Shown here piece after piece: positions 27,401-37,554 of a DNA stretch of 64,000 nucleotides. How positions within the stretch are numbered: the stretch's first letter is position 1; the number at the start of each line of letters is the position of its first letter. Source of the DNA: Azolla caroliniana. Lineage: Eukaryota > Plantae > Polypodiophyta. Under the pieces are notes generated by a model. It did not search any database. It was given only the letters and a program-made list of their open reading frames with translations, and was not told the DNA's origin. The position numbers and the translations under genes are program-made. Where the stretch lies: the NCBI GenBank assembly GCA_043228905.1, contig JBHGNT010000009.1:12524001-12588000 (forward strand), read 5' to 3'.

Positions 27401-30400
27401 ATCCGAAATGCCGGAATTGGTCCAAGCGTGGATGAATTTGCCAAAGGCTTCGCGGGAAGATCAATCTATTCCATTGGTGATCTCTACTCGGGCTATGATC
27501 AGTTTCAATTGGTCGTCGATAGTAGAGACATAATGACAATGAGGACGCCAATCAGGTTGGTAAGGATGTGCACCTTACCCCAAGGTGCGACAAATTCTGT
27601 AGCCCACATGGTGAATGCCATGAATAAAGTGTGGAGGGATTGCATCCCTGATATCATAATGCCCTTCTTAGATGACATTCCAATCAAAGGATGCGTGGTG
27701 GAAGAGAAAGATGAATCGAAGGATGAAGATGGTTGCCGAAGATTCGTCATCGATCATATAAAGGATAGCGAGAAGGTGTTGCAAAAGCTTGAGGATGCAA
27801 ATCTCACGTTTTCGGGAGAGAAGTCTGCATTCGGTCAACTAGAAATATTGGTAGTAGGACACTTATGTGGGTCTTATGGCCGGAAGCCATCTCCATCCAA
27901 GGTGAACGTTATTCAAGAGATGAAAGAAGAATGTGTGTCTCAAACATAGGTGCAAAGATTCTTGGGAGCATGTGCATTCTATCACATATGGATTCCACAT
28001 TATGCTCATGTCACTGAACCATTGTATGGATTACTAAAGAAAAGGAAGAAGTTCGAATGGGAAGATGAGCATACCTACGCAGTTCAAAAGCTAAAAAAAC
28101 TATTATTGGAAGCTCTGGCCTTGCGAAAAGCCAACTACACTGAAGGTACCCCGATATATGTGACAGTGGATACGAGCCCAACCGGAATTGGATGGGTGAT
28201 CGACCAAGAAGACAAAGAAAAGAATCGGTATGCAATCCAATTCGATGCAAAGGTGTTGACCGAAAGACAAAGAAAGTATGCCCAAGTAAAGAGAGAGCTA
28301 TGGGGAATAGTATCTGCGGTTAAAACCAATCATGACTACCTTATCGGAACAGAGGTCATAATCGAAACTGATTGTCTACCTATTCTCAGAATGATATCTG
28401 GTTGTTCTGCACCGAATATTGCTATGCTGCGATGGATTGCCTATATCAAGTCCCTTAACCCAAGATTCAACATATAAATGGAAATCATAATGTGGTGGTT
28501 GATATGTTGTCAAGGGCAAGGTATGAGGGTGAAGAAGATTTGCACTCCGACGAAGAGGATGTTGGCCTAAACTTCTTTACGGTTTCTTGTGCCCGGGTGC
28601 TAGCAGTGTTTAAAGTAGAAGATTATGAGGGAGAATTCATCGAAATTGGCAAGTACTTAAGCTCTCTTACAAAGGATGAATCATGGTCAAAGGAAGACTT
28701 CTACCGAATTAGGAAGAAGGCCTACAAGTTCTTCCTCAAAGAAGGACATCTATGGAAGTTTCCAAAGAAGAAGAGTAGAACTCCACTTCGAGTGGTGTGC
28801 AAGAAACAAGATCAACAAACACTAATTGTTGAATTTCATGATTGTGTGTGGGTAGGTCATCGAGGTATATGGGCAACTTTCGCAAAGGTCAAGGAGAAGT
28901 ATTGGTGGCCGGGTGTTTACAAAGATGTAGCAAGTTATGTTGAAACATGTGAGCAATGCCAATTATACTCAAATATTCAACATAGGGATGAACTTCATCC
29001 AACATATCCATTATCAATGCATTATAAGTGGTTGGTAGACATAGTGGTTATGCCGATGGGATTGGGGCAAAGGAAGTATCTCGTGCTAGCAAGAGAGGAT
29101 CTCACCAACCAAGTAGAAGGACGGGCACTAAGGAAAAAAACAACTTCGGCGATTTGTAAGTTTCTCCTTGAAGATGTTATTTGTCGATACGGATGTGTCG
29201 GCAAAATAGTAGTAGATAGGGGAGAGTTAGATACAAATGAAGCTAAAGAGTTCTTTTCAAGAATAGGCGTCAAACTATCGCTCACTATGGCATACAACCC
29301 GAACGCAAATGGGAAGGTGGAACCAGGACATAGTCTGATTGTAAAAACTCTAGCAAAGGCTTGCAACGGCAAGATGGGGAATTGGCCACGATTACTACCT
29401 TATGCATTGTAGGCTAATAGAACTACACATATCACGGCTACAGGATATATGCCGACCGGACTCATATTAGGGCAAAAACCAATAATGCCTATCGAGCAAA
29501 GTATTACTTCGTGGACATCTTTGCCATGGTAAGATGAAATGAGTCGAGAAGATTTGCTAGCTATAAGGATTCAATTATTAGAACGGAGGCTTGAAGATGT
29601 CGAGTTGGCAATAGAATGGTTGCGCTAGGATTGATTGAAGAACAAGGAGAATTCTGATAAAAAGCATCGCCTTCGACAAAGAAAAATTGAAGAAGGAGAT
29701 TGGGTTCTTGTCTATGATAGTAGTCTTGATAATCAATTTAGCACTGCTTGAAAGTTTGCAAAACGATGGTTTGGCCCGTATATGGTTAAGAAAATTGGAA
29801 ACAATGCAACCTATTTTTTAGCGGAGTTAGATGGAACTCGACTTGCCTTGCCAATTACAGGAAAGAGGATCAAGATCTTTAAGATAAGAGAGGCCCCAAA
29901 TCTTGAGATCGAAGCTCTAGATGATGTAGGCTCAAACATTGAGGATGAAAAAGAGTAATTAAAAGAGGAACCTCACCACAATTGGCACATACCAGTGGAT
30001 GTGCAGGTTTAGTGGGGGTGAATGTCGTGTGGTTTTTCACACACGATATGAAAACTAGTAAAATAATTATTTAAGATTAGCTTAATGTATTGATATAGAA
30101 AGATAGATGTTTTCAAGAGCTTAATAACGTATTTTACTATGCATGAAATGGATAAACAAGCATCAAGTTATGTAAGTGAGAAGTTTGAAGAGAAAAAGGG
30201 AAAAAACAAAATTGTGAGATATCCCACATAGATAGGATAACATTGGATTCCCCAATATATATAGAAAGCCAAAACCTATTCATTATATCAATGTGTGAAG
30301 CACATAATGTTCAAGGTAACTTGGGTTAAATTGTGTGGATGAATGACCCAAATGATTTTGGGTCACGGCATACAGCCCAGTCGGGATGTGCGTGTGTGCG

Positions 30401-31113
30401 GGCGCGCGCGGATGCGTACACGACGCGGTCAGGATGCGCGCGTGTGCGGATGCATGCACGCCGCGATCGGGACGCACGCGTGTGTGGATGCGTACATTGC
30501 GTGCGCGGGTGCGTCTACAGTTTGGTTGTGACACGCATACGGATTGTGCACGAGCTAAACTTTATGGATGATTAGGTCATTTGGGTGAATTATATGGACG
30601 GTCACATGCAACTAAAAGTAAACGGTGTGCAACTAAAAATGGAAGCATGCAACTAAAAGTAGAGGTCATGCAACTAAAAGTGGACATGCAAAGTAACATT
30701 GGGAAGGGGGATCAACAAAGAGCTCAATATATGTCCCATTTTTTCCCTCTAGTTTTTTTTTTTTTTCCTTCTTCTTTTCTCTCCGATTCCAAAACAAATT
30801 ATCTCTTATATTGGTATCAAACTCTTGGTTTGGTTTGCTCAATCTTTCATATTCATATTGGACCACTCCTTATATGGTTGTTGGCTCCTTTCTTTAAAAG
30901 ATTTATCTCTCATTTTCATATCCAATCCATTGTAACATGATTCTAAGTTTATAAAGAATTGATTTCTTTTGCAATAAACGAATGTTTCCTCTCATCTACT
31001 TGTCTTATATGTGAATCTTGCTTGTGTTGTGCGTGTGTGTACTAATTCCTTCCAGTTCATAACCCCGGCGGTTCCGTCTTACGATCCGCACATAGTGACA
31101 GATTCTCACGACA
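24434..31113 (+). mobile_element. Ty3/gypsy element B: deleted 5' LTR, gag-PR, RT-RH-IN, PPT, 3' LTR 30023-31113
   Basis: 4-bp TSD TCGT (24430-33 and 31114-17); ALIDHGSEINL protease; DLYSGYDQ/LPQG/PFLDDI RT; VDTSPTGIG RNase H; H..GH..C..C and DRGE integrase; PPT AGTGGGGGTGAA at 30011; 5' LTR jumps into gag at ~24920, so the PBS is lost. Confidence 0.93.
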
Positions 31114-32561
31114 TCGTCATGTCGTCCGGTCGAGCTGATCGGGGGAAAAGACTAGGAAGCATGGTTCGCAAGATTGATTTTTTATGTTGGCGAGGTGAGC
31201 GAGGGGAACATTGAGAGCGAGGGGAGTGAGGGGACCGACGAGAGCGAGAAAAGCAGAAAGCTTGGGAGTGTTTTCCGCAATATGTAGGTAAATGACGTGT
31301 TTCTTCTTTTTGTGAAGATGAGGAGTTAGGGTTCAAGATTTTGCAAGCCATTGTGTGCACGTATGTTCTCCCTTTCCTGGAAAGTGTGCGTGCATGTGCT
31401 CCTTTTAATAGTCATGTCTGTCCTTTTTTTTTCTTTTTTTCGTTTTTTTTCATTTCAGAACTAATGGTTATGGTTGGCCTTATGGTACATTATCATTACA
31501 TATTTTTACAAGTGGGCCATATTAGTGACCGTTCCCCTCCGCCTCTATTGGGGAAGCGGTCTAATTGTTAGTCTTGGCACGGAAGGGGTTGGGTGGTGTG
31601 GGTCCCCGATACGACTTTAGTCGGAACCCATTGACCTTCTGACGTAGTACTTCCCCTGCAAGAATGCCCAGTACGAATGTTCCATTTTCGACTCCTACTA
31701 TCCAGTATGGCCAAGTCCAGTGGAAACAGAGTTTTCCCAGCATCTATCCCATGCGAGTTTGGAATACAAGGATTGCTTTTCCCATTTCAAAGTACTTCGC
31801 ATTGGTGTCATAGTGCCGGTCCTCGAATGCCTTCCGTCGTCGCTGCCCGTGCTCCGAAATTACCATGTTGTGGGCTTTGTCTTCCCCTAGTTCGCGTAGT
31901 TGTTGTAAGCGGATTTGTTCAGACTCTCTCTGAAAGGCATTCGCGGACGTGTATGCGTAAACTCAGTGTTGTGCAACTTCGTGTCCCAATCCGTGTGGTT
32001 GTCGTTGACAATCAATTTCAAGATATTCAGGAGTGTTTTATTCGTCGACTCCGCAAGACCATTCGATTGTGGTTAATACGGCGTGCTTTTCTTATAAACT
32101 ACAACGTAATGTTCGGTGAGATCGTGGATGGCCGTATTCAAAAAATGGCTTCCTTGATTGCTGATGAGCTCGATAGGACAACCAAAACGACACCAAATGT
32201 TCTCATACAAGAATTTGGTTGTGGAAGCTGCGATGCTGTCGCACAACGTTTTTGCCTCTACCCATTTCGTACAATAGTCCGTGGCCACTAGGATATATTT
32301 GTTTCCAGTGCGGGTTGCGGCTCGAGTAAAGGGTCCGACGAAATCGAGGCCCCATCTCTAGAATGGTTCGAGCAGGAGTACGGGCTAATGGGGCATCCGT
32401 GCCAACTCCGTAGGTTGGCCCATATGCTGGCAAAGGTCTCATTCTTTGCAATATACATATGCATCCCTTTGTGTTGTGGGCCACCTTAGTCCTACTTGTC
32501 ATACCTTCCGGGCCGTTACATCCCCTGCGTAGTGCCCCATGTTGTGCCGTAGTGAACCTCC

Positions 32562-32712
32562 AACTAGGAGGCCTACTCACTAATCAAGAGCCAGACTCGA
32601 AGCCCCGCTCATTCATCAAGAGCCAGACTCGGAGCCCCGCTCATTAATCAAGAGCCCTACTAGGAGCCCCTCTCATTAATCAAGAGTCGAGCTAGGAGCC
32701 CTACTCATTAAT
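32562..32712. repeat. ~4.5 copies of a 32-bp repeat preceding a TATA-like motif (probable LTR fragment)
   Basis: ATCAAGAG at 32583, 32615, 32647 and 32679; CTATAAAA at ~32722. Confidence 0.7.
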
Positions 32713-35700
32713 AAGCAATGACTATAAAAACCCTAAGAAGGTCATTTTGAACCTATTTTCAAAACAAAGTTTTAGGGTATTTGGAGGGAAGAATCAGAGA
32801 GGAGCACCACTTTTTGTTAGCAAGCACTTCCCAACCATCTACCATCCTCATTCAATCAGCAAAACGAAAGCGATAATAAGTATGTATTTTGATGGTTACT
32901 TCTATTTTTTACATTGCTATCTCTTTTCTTTTCATTTACATTTGATCACATGGTTTCATATTCTAACATGGCGAGAGACTTAGTTGTTCCATTTTTCAAA
33001 TGTGTCATATAAATGCATTGTTATAATTTCACCATCAATATGAAGTGTGAATGTTAAAGTGCGGAAGTGTCAGATAGAACCGGCTCAGCCGGATAGCAAC
33101 AGAAAATGAGATGAAGGTTTAATGGAAAAGCTTCAAACACACAGAGTATATATGGGAGAGACAGAGAGAGCAGAACATAGAACTATATTCAAAAATTAAC
33201 TCTAAAACTCTGTAGATACAACGTGCTAAACAACACTATTTATACAAGTCCATAAAGGATTGACAGAAGTACTGACAGGTACTTCAATGCTCACAAGTGC
33301 GATTGACACCTACGAGACATTAACTACCTAGTAGTCTAGGCTACTACTAGGCTTCTGGTTACTGCTTGATCCGGCTAACCGGCTCCCCAGCTCACCGGCT
33401 CACCGATCCGGCTCATCCTTCCGGATGCCGATCCGGATCTGGTTGAGCTTGTTGCTCAACACTCCCCCTCAAGCTCAACTTGAGGTCAGATCGTAGTGTT
33501 AGTCTCCATGGCAGCTGGTCCTTCCACCTGGCTCCTTCTGGCGTCACTCCGCCTCGCTCGCGCTCCTCGTCCAGTCTGGTTCCGTTTGCCGACCCTTCTG
33601 ATTCTGCGCACCCCGACCTCCTCGGTCGGCTTGTTTGCTCAACAGGCCCAATTCAGCTCCCTCACTATTGTGACTTCGGCGCTTGTCGATTCATCGATTC
33701 CTTCGTGTTGGTGTCGACTTTCGTTGCCTTCTCGTCCTCTTGGCCTTGAATTGATCCGGTTCTTCCGAATCCATCTGTTGAACCGAATCGGCTGTCTCGG
33801 ATTCGTTCCAGCTCTTGTCTGAATCGTTCATCTTCTGGTTCCAGGCCCTTCACCACATTAGACCATGTCTGGGTCTTGGCCTTCTTCTTCCGATCGGCTC
33901 TCTCCTTCTTTACTCTACCGCCACTGCCGCTTGTTCCAACTTGTTCGCATGTGTCAACTTCCTTTGTCGACTCGGCTCCTTTCTTCTTTTTGTCTCTCCC
34001 TTTTTCGGTTCTTCCCTGATTGGCACAATCGGCAGTTTCTTTGCCTTTGCCCGTTCCGGTGTCTTTGCCCGTTCTCCCCCTCAAGTGTGGCACATCGAGA
34101 TGCTGAACACCAAGCATTTTGGTGAAGTGCTCCAACTTGTCCGATCCGAGCGGTTTGGTGAAGATGTCGGCAACTTGCCGATCCGTATGAATATACCGAA
34201 GTTCGACTTCACCGCTCAGGACACGCTCACGCACGAAGTGGTAGTGCAATTCTATGTGCTTTGTGTGAGCATGGAATATGGGGTTCTTGGCGAGCTACAT
34301 GTTGCTTATGTTGTCACAGTAGATCAGGATTGGGGTTTGCACCTCGATCCGCAGGTCTTGCAGCAGTCGCCGAAGCCAAATGGCTTCAAAGGTGGCAGCG
34401 GTAGTGCCCCAATATTCCGCCTCAATGCTCGAAAGGGCCACTGTTGGCTACTTTTTGCTACTCCACGCAACATCCGCACTACCAAGGGAAAACATATAGC
34501 CGGAGGTGGATCAGTGATCCGATGCATCGTCGGCCCAATCGACATCGGTGTAGCCGACTAGCTCTTCGGTTATACCATGCCGGTATAACAGTCCCCAGTC
34601 CTTCATGCCACTCACATACCGGAGTATCCGGTGTGTGCACTGAAGGTTCTCGACGGTCGGCTTCTACATGAACTGGATGATCACTTCAACCGGGTAACTG
34701 AGGTCGGGTCGAGTGATCGTCAAGTATATCAGGCTTCCAACGATTTTTCGGAACCGTTTCTCATCGCAGGCCGGTCCTAAGTTGGGACAAATCTTCTAGT
34801 TCCAGTCTAGGGGTGTGGAGATCAGTCGGCATTCCGTCATGCCAAACGTGTACAACATATTCAACACATAGTGTCTTTGTGAGAGCAATATGCCATCGGG
34901 GGTTCGGATCACCTCAATCCCAAGGAAATAGTGAAGGTCCCCCAGGTCCTTCATCTCAAATGCGTCTGACAACTGGGACTTGACTCGACTGATTTCATCG
35001 AGTCCGGGTTCGGTGATGACTAGATCATCAACATACATCAAGATGCAAACGAGACCGTCCGAACCTTGCCGGATGAACAACGAAGAGTCAGACCTGGAGA
35101 CCCCAAACCCCATCTTACACAACCGGTGTGTGATCTTCGCATTCCAAGCTCGGGGGGCTTGATTCAAACCATAAAGCGACTTCTTCAACCGTCATACCAC
35201 CGACGTGTTCATCTCCAACTGGAAACTTGGGGTTGGGTCATAAAGACCTCTTCTTCAAGATCACCTTGAAGAAATGCATTCTTCACGTCCATCTGGTGAA
35301 GATGCCACCCCCTTGCCTCAGCAACCACCAGCACCACACGAACCGTCGTCATCTTCGCTACTGGAGCGAAGGTCTCGTCGTAGTCAATTCCATGGGTCTG
35401 TGTGTATCCCTTTGCCACTAACCGGGCCTTGTACTGGTTAACTGAACTGTCAGCATTGTACTTTACCTTGTACACCCACTTACATCTGATCAATTTACAG
35501 TGTCGGGGAGGGTCAACTAGGTCCCATGTGTCGTTGGCATCAAGTGCCCACATTTCTTCCTCCATAGCGGCACGCCAATTTGCGTCCTTTGCCGCTTCTG
35601 CGTAGCTCTCCAGATCATGCACTTCCGCCACCTTGGTCATGTACGCATAGTGATGCGCCATGTACTCATTGTACCCGTACTACTTCACGGGGTTCTTTCG

Positions 35701-36448
35701 GCGGGAAGACTGGCGTAACTTATCGTTACCCGGTTTGGGGCCCTTCTTGGTCAAGTCAAACTTCGTTCCCGAAGATCCGCATTCATCCTTTCTGGAGTCG
35801 AATTCGCTTCGATCCGACTCAACGTTGTCGTGTTCATATTCCAGCATCTTCTTCTTCCCCTTCTCTTTGCACGTGAACCGTCTCATCGATTCCTTGCACG
35901 GGGAGAGCATGGCAGAGTCTCCATTACTCGTCGGTTCCTCATCTGACTAGTCATTCTGACTCAGCCGCTCATTCGGTCCACTTAACCGAAACGATTCCGG
36001 ACTCACATTTAGAGTCTCGAACCCTTCGTCTTCTAACTGGATCGGTTCAGGCTCACTAGCCTCATCCTCCAGTATCAGGTCGGGGTCGGAAGTCGAAGCC
36101 AGTAAGGCATACCATGATGTCGTCTCATCAAAGTCAACATCCCGGCTAACTTGGACCTGCTTCGTCCAGGGGTTATAACACTTATACCCCTTTTGCTCAT
36201 GTGAGTAACCGACCAGGATTCATTTCTCCGACTTCGCATCCAACGTCCTCTACTTCTCATCCGGCACATGCACATATGCAATGCTACCGAATATCCGAAG
36301 GTGTCTCAAATTCGGCTTGCGCCCAAAATACAACTCGTGTGCTGCACCTTGTCACTGATCCGGTATTGGATGTAGACGGCCGTCCGGACCGCCTCAGCCC
36401 AGTAGAATTTGGGCATGCTCTTCTCCTCCAACATCGCCCTTGTCGCGT

Positions 36449-37554
36449 TGTCGTGAAGATTTTCGGCAATAGTGTGAAAATCCCATAAAACCTACAAAAT
36501 CGAGTATGAATCACATAATACAATAATTGTGAAGATAACATTTTAAATAAATTTAGTATCTAAGTACAAAATGATGGAGGTTTCGAATGCACTTTATTAC
36601 ACGAGAAACGAACAACTAAATGTCAAGATATGAGGGTATAAAGTTTGTGAAAGGAAAAGAGAAAATTGTGAGATATCCCACATAGGCACGACAAATACGG
36701 CTCTCATCATATATAAGGTAGAGCAAAAGCTATTATCTTTGTGTCTATGTGTGGAGCATAGAGAGTTCAAGGTAACTTGAACTAAGAGTGGAGGTGGGCT
36801 AGCTACTCGTAAAGGGTTTTGGCCAACCAAAACCGGACCGACGATGGAGCCGGTGATCCGGCGGCATCCGACGGCACCGATATCCGGCGGCAACCGGCGA
36901 CGAAGAGGTGATAGCATCCGGCGCTGGTGAGACGACGACATCCGGTAACCGACGGTATCCGGCGAGGCAGCGTCCGGTGACTAAATAAATAAATATATAA
37001 ATATATATACATATACAAGGAGGGCAAGTAAGGATTCGAACCTTGCACCTCTAAGTTAGGAGTCAATTGGCTTACCATTAAGCCATGCCATTTAATTGAA
37101 TTTATATTTCTATCATTGTACTTTTACATGTAAATTCTCATACATGAGAGCTAAAATGAGTGACATGGTTATCATGCACCACATGTAATACATAAGTGCC
37201 AAATGGCAAACATGCATTTTATGCATGTCTTGTACCCTCACATGCATCATACGCATGAGAGCATCTATAAAAGAAGGAAGGGGGAGGAGAAAAAACACGT
37301 TTTTTTTTGTTATGAAATTAAGAAGAAGAAATTCGTTATCAAATTGATCGTGTAACTTGTTTCTTAAATCCAAAGATAAAAGTTCAATCAATCTCTCTCA
37401 ATCGTTTAATCTCAACTTCTCTCTTTCCCAATCTATCTTAAGTACTTTCTCGCCAAAGCTTGCGCCAAAGCTTGTACCGACTTTGAATCCTTCCGGTCCA
37501 GAACCCCGGCGGTTCCGCCTCACGATCCGCGCGTAGTGACGGATCTTCACGACA
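36449..37554 (+). mobile_element. Solo LTR (1106 bp) related to gypsy B, inside integrase of D
   Basis: 12-bp perfect inverted termini TGTCGTGAAGAT...ATCTTCACGACA; 4-bp TSD GCGT; 3' end similar to B LTR end. Confidence 0.92.
37021..37092 (-). promoter_or_regulatory. tRNA-derived RNA polymerase III internal promoter (A box + B box) inside the solo LTR
   Basis: A box TGGCTTAATGG (37085-37075) and B box GGTTCGAATCC (37042-37032) at tRNA spacing; D-arm GGCTT/AAGCC pairs; acceptor and anticodon stems poor, so not a functional tRNA. Confidence 0.7.

Larger units (their letters stand above)
22914..32565 (-). mobile_element. Ty3/gypsy element C remnant (integrase 31561-32565 plus downstream extra ORF), split by element B
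   Basis: ATDYCTKWVEAK, ISNQGSHF, STPY and NGFRLKSY integrase motifs; extra ORF rejoins in frame across B's TSD. Confidence 0.75.

Noticed and set aside
33815-34561. 248-aa plus-strand ORF
   Set aside because: Antisense shadow of copia RNase H.
37021-37092. Functional tRNA-Arg(CCT) gene
   Set aside because: Acceptor and anticodon stems do not pair; kept only as a tRNA-derived promoter-like sequence.
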